This document shows, piece by piece, positions 35,301 through 41,701 of a stretch of DNA of 64,000 nucleotides. Made by a program: the position numbers and the translations under genes. How positions within the stretch are numbered: position 1 is the first letter of the stretch; every line of letters starts with the position of its first letter. The stretch covers positions 514 to 64,513 of the forward strand of contig JAFZGC010000067.1 of NCBI GenBank assembly GCA_017555595.1, given 5' to 3'. The stretch is from Paludibacteraceae bacterium. Lineage in GTDB: Bacteria > Bacteroidota > Bacteroidia > Bacteroidales > Paludibacteraceae. The notes under the pieces were generated by a model that made no database searches, had not been told where the DNA came from, and was given only the letters and a program-made list of their open reading frames with translations.

Positions 35301-37316
35301 GAAAGTAGCATTAAACACAATCAAGTTACCTGCCTCATCAACAGCAATTTGCTGACCAATACCAGATGATGTCACATATTCTGTACCAGTATCATCTGCA
35401 TCAGAGTAGGTTAATATTTTCTTGTTACCAGCATCTTGCATATAAATTGTTCCATCCCAACCTACTGCTTGATAACCATTACTTGTAGATGTAGGAACAT
35501 GCGTATTCTCCCAAACTTTCTCAATGGTAAATGTAGGATCAGCTGCGTACTCTTTTACAAAGTAAGCAGAAACTGCTTTATTGTTATCCATTGTGAGAGT
35601 GATAGAAGGTGTAGTTGCTTTGTTGCTCCAAGCAAGCAGTTTGTAGCCAGGCTTTGGAGTAGCAGTCAGTGCCACCTCTGTACCATATTCATAAGAACCT
35701 GTAGCGACATCTATTGTACCTTTGTTCTCGTCATTAACAAACACGGTCAAGGTGTGTTTCTGCTTCTCAAAGTTCGCAGTAATAGTCATATCGCTATTTA
35801 CCGTAATGGTCAATGGGTTCTCATTAGAAGTAACATCACCTGTCCAATTGACAAAATCATAGTGTTCGTTAGCTACAGCAGTAAGTTCTGCGGAAGCGCC
35901 TGCTTCATAAGTACCCAAATTACCTGTAATTGAACCCTCGCCAACAACTTGTGTTGTCACCGTGTATAATGTTACATCCGCTTCTTTTTTCGTAACAATA
36001 TACGCCTTTTTAGCTGGTACTTCACAGGTATTGTTGTCTGTAGGTATTGTATATTGTATAAGACGCATAACATCACTATCTGTGCCACTATAAGACGCTC
36101 CGGTACAAGCAAGAAGGTTGCCAGCATAATCAAACGATAATGTACTAACATATCTATCAGAAATGGTATGCGTCTGTTTTAAAGCAAGCTCAGGTGTCTT
36201 ACCATCCCATACTACATCATATTCTAATATGCTTGTTGAACCACAAATAAATAACTTACTATTATCACTATTTACAGCGAGACCTGCACCTTCACACTTT
36301 CCCTTGTCTATTGAATATTGCAGAACTCCTGTATTATCAATGAACGCTAATTCTTTACGACCTGTTGTTCCATCATTTTGACTCACCCAAACACCTTTTT
36401 CTGTAGCAGCAAAGGCATTGTTGGTAGATGGATTTATACTAGCATAGGCGGTGCATATCCAGGTAGGTACATCGCTCCAAGTTTTTAATATACTACCATC
36501 TAGTTGACCAATATGATAGCAAACTGCTGATGAAGCATTTGTTCCATCTTCCATCATAGTATAAAGAACAGTATTTGCACCTGATCCATAAATACCCACA
36601 CCTGAAGTAGAACTACCTATTTCTTTGCCTGCAGCATTGGTAAAGAGACCATTAGAATCACGAGTACCATTATAGAACTGTGTACAAGTGGTTAGGTCTG
36701 ATGGATTTACCACCCAAATTCCAGATCTTCTAGCATCTGTATAATCTGCTAAAAACAAGGTACCGTCTGCAGCTACTGCGGGACGTGCGTATCCACTTTC
36801 ATCTCGACCGAGTGCATAGACCGTATTATTAATAAGCTGTAAATCAGGAGTGTAGACATATAAGCCACTCTTGCTATTAGAAGTTCGTCTATCTGTAACA
36901 TATACTCGACCAAAGTAATCAGATTCTGGGCTATTATCGATAGTAGCATGGCCGCGACCATATTTTTTGGCACCAGTGTACACTGCTTCGAATGCAGTAA
37001 CTTCTGCAGCTGATAACTCTACTGACCAATTGAGTTGCTGACCATCATTGCCTGGCAAACTATACTCAGCAATTTCAACTTCGTTTTTGCCCAATACAGG
37101 ATTTGTCAATGCTATCTCTCCTACCAACTCACTGGAGGTTGCATCATAAAATATGATCTTACCAGATGTAGGAGTTTCATTCGCTGTGAAAGAAAAGGTA
37201 TAAACCTTATCCACCAGCGCAGACGAAAGATCATAAGCGTATATTCGCTTAGGTTGTGCTGCAAACGATAACAAACTTATCGTCATCGCAACTAAAAATA
37301 GAGTAAGTTTTTTCAT
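29340..37316 (-). CDS. Giant secreted modular protein (2658 aa): beta-propeller-like modules alternating with seven InlB B-repeat/Listeria-Bacteroides-type repeats, a conserved C-terminal domain and tail ...KDGQLIIIRGEEMYNMQGQRME
   Basis: Signal peptide MKKLTLFLVAMTISLLSFA. Seven copies of the ...G.V.G.G.Y..G....L.A....GY.F..W... repeat are present. LAFDYAGDLYVV occurs twice and the variant LSFDYAGNLL once. Confidence 0.9.
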   Translation of the reverse strand: MKKLTLFLVAMTISLLSFAAQPKRIYAYDLSSALVDKVYTFSFTANETPTSGKIIFYDATSSELVGEIALTNPVLGKNEVEIAEYSLPGNDGQQLNWSVELSAAEVTAFEAVYTGAKKYGRGHATIDNSPESDYFGRVYVTDRRTSNSKSGLYVYTPDLQLINNTVYALGRDESGYARPAVAADGTLFLADYTDARRSGIWVVNPSDLTTCTQFYNGTRDSNGLFTNAAGKEIGSSTSGVGIYGSGANTVLYTMMEDGTNASSAVCYHIGQLDGSILKTWSDVPTWICTAYASINPSTNNAFAATEKGVWVSQNDGTTGRKELAFIDNTGVLQYSIDKGKCEGAGLAVNSDNSKLFICGSTSILEYDVVWDGKTPELALKQTHTISDRYVSTLSFDYAGNLLACTGASYSGTDSDVMRLIQYTIPTDNNTCEVPAKKAYIVTKKEADVTLYTVTTQVVGEGSITGNLGTYEAGASAELTAVANEHYDFVNWTGDVTSNENPLTITVNSDMTITANFEKQKHTLTVFVNDENKGTIDVATGSYEYGTEVALTATPKPGYKLLAWSNKATTPSITLTMDNNKAVSAYFVKEYAADPTFTIEKVWENTHVPTSTSNGYQAVGWDGTIYMQDAGNKKILTYSDADDTGTEYVTSSGIGQQIAVDEAGNLIVFNATFYAANPNAIIIYPNGSTTGTPVSFTLDAPGRCDFLTASGNIYSAEGGYVYFFCKDQKTISRLFIKNGAATAEDVTDDTIANITNAASSQSNVVLDIYGNIHTQSKNAGAFEYNITTLTSTEDPYLAKKNSTIGGCTFELGGKEFWAYVAGTTAYSSEWQLINATDGKLVSEEILFAKDKTSKNSAANWLNVQVVDEKTAYIYQFCPAVAAAVWRVSLKENYTVSASATNGTVTGAGAYQEGATATLTATPNTGYKFVNWTKDGVEVSTEATYSFPVTENVELVANFEALAQYNINAHADHTSKGYVTGRGDYYEGEEVTLKAVAKSAYYFTQWNDGNTDNPRTITVTGAAEYIAEFAEAHPRAWAYDMKLGEDGDNYTFTFKATADGQATITFKDKDGNALAQPASQTIAAFVGENKFTIAKNAFAAGVDAFWSITMDGEPIPAIAEVTDQTRGIYDFYNMMGVVVDNNTDSKDFGKIYIQQSYERSYASSSTSNNGLTTRSNDQKSGVFIYNQALEELNNPSNVGLKPTMPAGYTEIGSSSSAFQRLNIHPKTGNLVFSHAVAGKPAVFAINRDDMTGDVTNLLTGVADMTRSVAHCFDAEGTLYVMDFAGSTGAVYKVINGEATRITEISAKFINAYITMASDGRGGLWISQNRGQMDGAPYYYQLVHVTSTGEFDWWVNQETPHGFEGGSNRGALAYDVERKILAQGRNGKVELYTVSYEPTIELTPLYTIASDDLGNNIDGLAFDYAGDLYVVNSHKEKFQKFTLPTADNICTVAAPALEAVRFTPVYTVSVASNNNEWGIANGGGTFEENQNATITAVAATNYKFVNWTKDDAEVSTENPYTFVVTESATYVANFVEKTKYTINVTYDNIMGTVTGDGSYYEGTEVTLTATAKGGYVFVDWSDGVTEETRTIDELTGDVNLTANFKVAVPRAWAYDLRLDADTDPANYIFTFKTTSAGTATLIFKDEDGNIQNFGTHTATATTAEEKTITIAKTVFAAATKDIYWEVELAGEAIAKMAEITNPARNIYDFYNMMGVVVDNDPNSDEFGKIYIQQSYNGASDGIADRSDTQKAGIFIYNQALEELNAPANTGIKPQLPYTIGANRQVFKRITINPANGDIAFCNNTTTNGGAYAVSRENLAGEAINLTKHISEIQKVNALCFDDEGNLYVVANVSTSGAPNGNIYQIKTDGTYKELTSNGGNLFYDQEIAMASDGHGGLWIAQNRWGTAAGTLFHVNVAENKIDFKVEADKEYSDWFAGANYRGAIAYDKQRDILAVHSQACASVFQVTYAADGVPSISKICQTPNLGRNELDGLAFDYAGDLYVVHSGTERFYKYVLPTNNNTCTVPAPESQIIMKEARYTVTVEANDNAMGTVAGGGEYKTGETATLAATANENYRFVNWTYGTTTVADNPLALVVEGDITVTANFELKPLAMEGVVKRAVQIGESTVVLTHEANGTPHLYKVVAGELEAEISQVGVEAAAAGYLSISDIAATEDGKLVACNYVQTTFGGSNLATFYIWDNLTANPSIWFQSSASSNSATSDQGYTMAVTGTSTNANILVTGLHNTHRGVRMSHFSIIDGKYIDTSDGAVSLPYYYYIGKKFKGASAGVDAAVYNETTHGVKFQLNASPLATENWIIDAELMEPSEFTNPQTYGQDPIVNANIADNTLGKKFNGATYLTVLGKHLMVAPYADGENVAGVKIIDITNGLATAQELETRNITTPQAATAAATAVEVDGTNLLITLVADATIYTFDVALESSVTVDENADNTTALENYDGEVVTATVKRNFEANKYLTLTLPFDMNETQIRNVFGNAIVYALDNVVEYNAEEVHLQFRPVSTITAGTPYILKTAASGYDAEDGFTMEGVEIDLSLKPVTSGTVTMVPVLDAGGTLNQSDEYFLSNNALYCAGTYPRTILGLRAYFKSASPLPIRARVVFQDNAATSIPMVETQPANQVRKVLKDGQLIIIRGEEMYNMQGQRME
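31005..34226 (-). repeat. Intragenic tandem duplication of a ~570-aa module (period about 1720 nt), recognisable at DNA level
   Basis: HPRAWAYDMKL starts near 34226 and VPRAWAYDLRL near 32506. DNA at about 32130-32240 and 33860-33970 is clearly homologous (ttgaatataaat...cccatcat...tagaagtcgtagat). Confidence 0.85.
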
Positions 37317-37424
37317 AAATATTTGGTATTAAATTAACATCAATCCTATTTTGGTAGCGCAACGTGCCATATTTTTGTTTCTTCAAAAATTTGGCAGAAT
37401 CAGCCACACAAACGCTTTAGCGCG

Positions 37425-37432
37425 CAAAGATA
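37425..37432 (-). promoter_or_regulatory. -7 box TATCTTTG upstream of the 2658-aa gene
   Basis: caaagata on the plus strand, about 110 nt upstream of the ATG at 37316. Confidence 0.55.
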
Positions 37433-37607
37433 CGGAAAATTTACGGAATACGCAAGAATTTTAATAAAAAAGTATTGATTTTCATTCTTTTAGTGGCACT
37501 TTTAGCTTCCAGAAGGACAATTTTGCACGTCATCAGCTATCAAAGAACTCCGAAAAGTGCCTTATAGAATAAGTCTTCAAGACTCACAACTGTATTTTGG
37601 TAGTGCC

Positions 37608-37658
37608 CCTGCCGCTGAGCAATGTTGGCGAAGCGGAATTGTTGTTTATGTTGTCTTC
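37608..37658 (+). repeat. Dispersed ~50-bp hairpin element (copy B)
   Basis: cctgccgctgagcaatgttggcgaagcggaattgttgtttatgttgtcttc aligns with 3721-3769 (cttgccgctcgcgatgttggcgagcggaattattgtttgtgttgccttc). Confidence 0.75.
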
Positions 37659-37670
37659 TTACCGTATTTA

Positions 37671-38669
37671 CTACACCAACGTCTTGCCAACCGCTTTGGC
37701 TATCGGTTGCAACGATGCATACATGTCCGCAAACTGCTGGTGGTCAAGCTGCTGTGCAGCATCACTCTGAGCGCACGATGGACATGGGTGCGTCTCAATC
37801 AACAAACCATCTACACCCATTGCAGTACAAGCACGAGCCAAATCGCCAATGCCATAGACATAACCCATCGCATGGCTTGGATCGAGGATAATAGGCAGAT
37901 TACAATGCTCTTTCAACCATGCTACGCCACAAAGATCCAATGTGAAACGGGTATTGGTCTCAAAACTGCGGATACCACGCTCGCACAAGATAACCTGATC
38001 ATTGCCACAACTCATAATGAAATCGGCACAGTTGACTAGTTCCTGCAAAGTCGAACCAAAACCGCGCTTCAGTATCACAGGTTTGCCCGACTGACCCGCT
38101 GCGGTCAGCAGCCCGTGGTCATACATGGCCTTGGCACCCACCTGCACAATATCAGCATACTCCACCACCTTGTCGGCATGCGTAGCATCGCGCATCTCGG
38201 TGGCAATCAGTAGTCCGTACTTCTCGCGCATCTCTGCCAGCAACTTCAATCCGTCTTCGCCCAATCCGCGAAAGGTGTAAGGCGATGTGCGAGGCTTATA
38301 GCTACCTGCGCGCAACACACGAATACCTTGTTGCTTGAGCATCTGACACGACTGCTCAATCTGCTCCCTACTCTCCACCGCACATGGACCTGCAATCATC
38401 AGTTGGTTTTTGCCATCGCCTCCAATATAGGTATCGCCAATCGCAATACGGTGTGTCTCTGGCATATATTGTCGTGAGGAGAGTTGCATGTCTGTTTGGA
38501 ACACCCAGTGATTGAGTGCTATGTCTGCGAATTGAGTTGGCAGTTGCTTGACAGTATGATTGGTGATTAGCACGTAATGCTCTGGTTGTTCCAAACACAA
38601 TGCACCTGCACTCTCCGCGTATGCATGCGCGCTTGCGCGCGTTATATTTTTAGGTAGATGAATTATCAT
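37671..38669 (-). CDS. 3-deoxy-7-phosphoheptulonate (DAHP) synthase, type I-beta, with an N-terminal ~85-aa regulatory-type extension
   Basis: 332 aa with MIAGPCAVES, SYKPRTSPYTFRGLG and ILDPSH, motifs of the KDO8PS-like DAHPS subfamily. Confidence 0.8.
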   Translation of the reverse strand: MIIHLPKNITRASAHAYAESAGALCLEQPEHYVLITNHTVKQLPTQFADIALNHWVFQTDMQLSSRQYMPETHRIAIGDTYIGGDGKNQLMIAGPCAVESREQIEQSCQMLKQQGIRVLRAGSYKPRTSPYTFRGLGEDGLKLLAEMREKYGLLIATEMRDATHADKVVEYADIVQVGAKAMYDHGLLTAAGQSGKPVILKRGFGSTLQELVNCADFIMSCGNDQVILCERGIRSFETNTRFTLDLCGVAWLKEHCNLPIILDPSHAMGYVYGIGDLARACTAMGVDGLLIETHPCPSCAQSDAAQQLDHQQFADMYASLQPIAKAVGKTLV

Positions 38670-38672
38670 TTT

Positions 38673-38707
38673 GTCAATTCAAAATTCTTAATTCTTAATT
38701 CAAAATT
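38673..38707. repeat. Heptamer array gtcaatt caaaatt cttaatt cttaatt caaaatt
   Basis: The array fills the kdsD-DAHPS spacer. It carries the same motif as 25512-25539 in the opposite orientation relative to transcription. Confidence 0.85.
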
Positions 38708-39683
38708 ATTTAAAGTCAATGATGTGGTGAATCGATATGATACCGATGATATCGGTCGTTTCTTCTGTTTCGGTCACCGCCAGTGTGGTAATGTTGTAGG
38801 TATCCATCACTGCCAGTGCATCAGTCAGAAGAGCATCCTTAGCAATATGCTTGTAGGATGGTGTCATGATGTCCGCAGCGGTAATATGCACATCGTTGTA
38901 CTTCTGTATCGCACGGCGGATATCGCCATCAGTGATGATACCAATGCAGTTGGCAGTTGATAGTTGACAATTGATAGTTGGCTGTTGGTCATAAACCATA
39001 GTCATACCCAAATGCTTGTCCGACATCTCGCATACCACATCGCGGAACGAAGTACTAACTGCCACGCGTGGCACATCCGTAGTCATCACATTCTGTACGC
39101 GTCCCAGCAGTTTTCTACCCAATGCGCCACCTGGGTGGTAAAGGGCGAAGTTCTCTGCCTTAAACTCGCGCATCTCCATGAGGCATACCATCAGCGCGTC
39201 GCCCATCAGCAAGGTCGCGGTGGTGGAGGTAGTGGGGGCTAATCCCAACGGACAAGCCTCGGTATCCACGTGAATAGAGAGTGCATAATCAGCACGCTGT
39301 GCTAATGGCGAATCCATATTGCCAGTCATTGCCACAATCGTGCAACCCAATCGGTGAAGTGGGTCTATGATATTTAAAATCTCATTGGTAGATCCGCTAT
39401 TGCTAACTAATATTGCCACATCATTAGCATTGATCATACCCAAATCACCATGCACAGCCTCAGCGGCATTCACGAAGATGGATGGAGTGCCTGTCGAAGC
39501 AAACGAAGCCGCCATCTTGTGGGCAATGATACCTGTCTTACCAATACCCATCATTACCACTTTGCCTTGACAATGATATAGCACCTCTACCACCTTGTCA
39601 AAGGTTGCATCAATGCTATTCTTGAGTTTCTCTAACTCGCGAATCTCTTCTTCGAATATCTCTTTTGCTCTATTTGCGTACAT
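38706..39683 (-). CDS. kdsD: Arabinose-5-phosphate isomerase (KpsF/GutQ family; SIS domain plus two CBS domains)
   Basis: 325 aa with GKVVMMGIGKTG, SNSGST and CBS-pair signatures. Confidence 0.88.
   Translation of the reverse strand: MYANRAKEIFEEEIRELEKLKNSIDATFDKVVEVLYHCQGKVVMMGIGKTGIIAHKMAASFASTGTPSIFVNAAEAVHGDLGMINANDVAILVSNSGSTNEILNIIDPLHRLGCTIVAMTGNMDSPLAQRADYALSIHVDTEACPLGLAPTTSTTATLLMGDALMVCLMEMREFKAENFALYHPGGALGRKLLGRVQNVMTTDVPRVAVSTSFRDVVCEMSDKHLGMTMVYDQQPTINCQLSTANCIGIITDGDIRRAIQKYNDVHITAADIMTPSYKHIAKDALLTDALAVMDTYNITTLAVTETEETTDIIGIISIHHIIDFK
38946..38987. repeat. Six heptamers (plus strand gcagttg gcagttg atagttg acaattg atagttg gctgttg) inside the kdsD coding sequence
   Basis: The 42 nt are in frame and encode QPTINCQLSTANCI within the first CBS domain. 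Confidence 0.85.
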
Positions 39684-39686
39684 AAT

Positions 39687-39728
39687 TCTAGCCTTTAACC
39701 GTTCGCCTTTAACCTCTAACCTCTCGCC
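39687..39728. repeat. Six heptamers tctagcc tttaacc gttcgcc tttaacc tctaacc tctcgcc
   Basis: The array spans the kdsA-kdsD junction. It provides the last four kdsA codons (QARG), the TAG stop at 39716-39718 and the whole spacer up to 3 nt before the kdsD ATG. Confidence 0.9.
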
Positions 39729-40516
39729 TGCTCAATCGCCATCGCTTGCCTCAGTATCGCTTCTACATCGCTCAAACGTACTTGATTGGCAGCGTCGGAG
39801 ATGGCTTTTTCTGGTTCTGGGTGAACCTCCAAGAATAGTCCATCTATGCCTACTGCCACCGCCGCACGAATCAGATGCGGTACCATCTCTCGGTTGCCGC
39901 CCGTCACGCCTGCCTGACTGCTGGGTTGCTGTACGGAGTGGGTAGCATCGAACACAACAGGATAGCCATACTCGCGCATCTTCACCAGCGATGTCATATC
40001 CACAATCAAGTTGCCATAGCCAAAGCTACTTCCGCGCTCCGTGAGCCAAATCCCCGCCTCTTGCCTTTCGCCTCTCGCCTCATCGCCTAATAGTCTTCTC
40101 GCCTCTTCTATCTTCGCTATCGCACCGCGCATGTCCCATGGTGCCATAAACTGCCCCTTCTTCACATTGACAATCTTGCCTGTCTTAGCCGCAGCCACCA
40201 GCAAGTCGGTCTGACGAGAGAGAAAAGCAGGAATCTGCAATACATCCGCCACTTCTGCTACTGGAGCACACTGCCATGACTCATGTACATCGGTCAAGAT
40301 GGGTAAACCGAAAGTAGATTTCACTTCTTGCAAAATCTTCAGTCCTTCGTCCATACCCACACCGCGATCCGACATACTCGTGCGGTTGGCTTTGTCGTAC
40401 GACGATTTGAAGTATAGTGTGATACCCAATCGCTCACAGATCAGCTTCAATGATTCAGCAGTATGCATCACGATATCGCGGCTCTCTATGGCACATGGCC
40501 CTGCTATCAGAAACAT
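39716..40516 (-). CDS. kdsA: 2-dehydro-3-deoxyphosphooctonate aldolase (KDO-8-phosphate synthase)
   Basis: 266 aa with [34 protein letters not shown] and FDATHS. Confidence 0.92.
   Translation of the reverse strand: MFLIAGPCAIESRDIVMHTAESLKLICERLGITLYFKSSYDKANRTSMSDRGVGMDEGLKILQEVKSTFGLPILTDVHESWQCAPVAEVADVLQIPAFLSRQTDLLVAAAKTGKIVNVKKGQFMAPWDMRGAIAKIEEARRLLGDEARGERQEAGIWLTERGSSFGYGNLIVDMTSLVKMREYGYPVVFDATHSVQQPSSQAGVTGGNREMVPHLIRAAVAVGIDGLFLEVHPEPEKAISDAANQVRLSDVEAILRQAMAIEQARG
40054..40105. repeat. Heptamer-type array (ccgcctc ttgcctt tcgcctc tcgcctc atcgcct ... ttctcgcctc) inside the kdsA coding sequence
   Basis: It encodes ...[16 protein letters not shown]... The corresponding E. coli KdsA segment, as I remember it, is about 11 aa shorter. 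Confidence 0.75.
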
Positions 40517-40564
40517 AGTTTATCCATTTTTATGGTTTCCGGACTCCGGCCACCGGTTTCCAAA

Positions 40565-41638
40565 TTACTTTGTAAAGACGCGTATCCAATCAATTTTCAA
40601 CTGACCAGCGCCTGCTTTTTGGTTCTCAGGCAAGTAACTGCGAACCAACAAGTGCATCGCTTCGCCTGCCAACGCATTCTTCTCGCGTTTTACCTCTTGG
40701 TCGTTTACATAACTGATAACCTCTTTCTCATTCCAGACGAGGGTGTAGATTACTTCGCCCTTAGCTGGTTGAGAGATGATTGGCAATGCCTTTTGCACTT
40801 CTGAAGTAGTGAGACAAAGCACATGATTAGCCTTGCCCGAACAGCACACCTTTGCTTGCAGCACACCTGCTGCTGGAGCCACTGCCTCAGCAGTATGCCA
40901 CACATCGCTGGTGTAAGCAAACTCTTGCATAACCATACCTTTGGTTGGATGCCAAGCAGCTGCGGTAGCTTTCTCCTTCTTGGTTGTAATGGTTAATGCG
41001 CTACCTGCTACATTAGTATTCTTACCTTGGGTGTAGGCCTGCAATTCGCCCACATGCGAGTGATTAGCCTTTAGTTCCTTGCTTGGATAGAGGAAACCTG
41101 TTTGCCATACATTGGACATTTGGCTAGTCTCAAATTCCTCCGCCCACACAGTCTTATAATTCTCTAATTCAACGATTTGCTTCTCATCTTGCGCCAAGAA
41201 GAACACAATATCTGCGTGCTTCGCCAATTCGTTATAGCGCTTCTCTTGTTGGCTCTCTGAGGTAGTAAACCAGCGCTTAGCGTTCTTCCAAAATGCATTG
41301 TTTTTTTGGAACTCTGGCTCTTGTATTTGCGCAGCCAATTCAAGGTATTGTGCTACCTCCGCTTTCTCCTTGTATGCTTCTTTCTTGAGCAAGTTGTATA
41401 GAACAACTGAGGTGTTCCACTTCAGGCTCTTGTATTGCGCCATGGTCTTTCCCTCTGGAGTGTCTGCATAACGGGTGCTAGTCAACTCTTTTTTCTTGGC
41501 TTGGAAATCAACTGATTCTACCACTTGCTTCAGGTTGTTGTATTCAGCCAAGATATCGCTCTTCTCTACTTGGCGATATCGCACGATAGTTTGTGCTTGT
41601 TCCTGAAGCCATTGCTCAAATGATTTGGTACTTTTCAT
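40565..41638 (-). CDS. Hypothetical cytoplasmic protein: helical N-terminal half and beta-sandwich-like C-terminal half ending ...LKIDWIRVFTK
   Basis: 357 aa with no signal peptide. No family was recognised with confidence. Confidence 0.6.
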   Translation of the reverse strand: MKSTKSFEQWLQEQAQTIVRYRQVEKSDILAEYNNLKQVVESVDFQAKKKELTSTRYADTPEGKTMAQYKSLKWNTSVVLYNLLKKEAYKEKAEVAQYLELAAQIQEPEFQKNNAFWKNAKRWFTTSESQQEKRYNELAKHADIVFFLAQDEKQIVELENYKTVWAEEFETSQMSNVWQTGFLYPSKELKANHSHVGELQAYTQGKNTNVAGSALTITTKKEKATAAAWHPTKGMVMQEFAYTSDVWHTAEAVAPAAGVLQAKVCCSGKANHVLCLTTSEVQKALPIISQPAKGEVIYTLVWNEKEVISYVNDQEVKREKNALAGEAMHLLVRSYLPENQKAGAGQLKIDWIRVFTK

Positions 41639-41657
41639 GTCTTTTTGTTTGTTTCTA

Positions 41658-41701
41658 ACAGCGCAGCGGTCTAATATCCAACAGCGCAGCGGTCTAACAT
41701 C
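41658..41701. repeat. 23-bp tandem duplication aacagcgcagcggtctaa(t/c)at x2 across the end of the LOG gene
   Basis: The copies are at 41658-41678 and 41681-41701. The upstream copy encodes LDRCAV, and the other lies just past the TAG stop. Confidence 0.85.
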
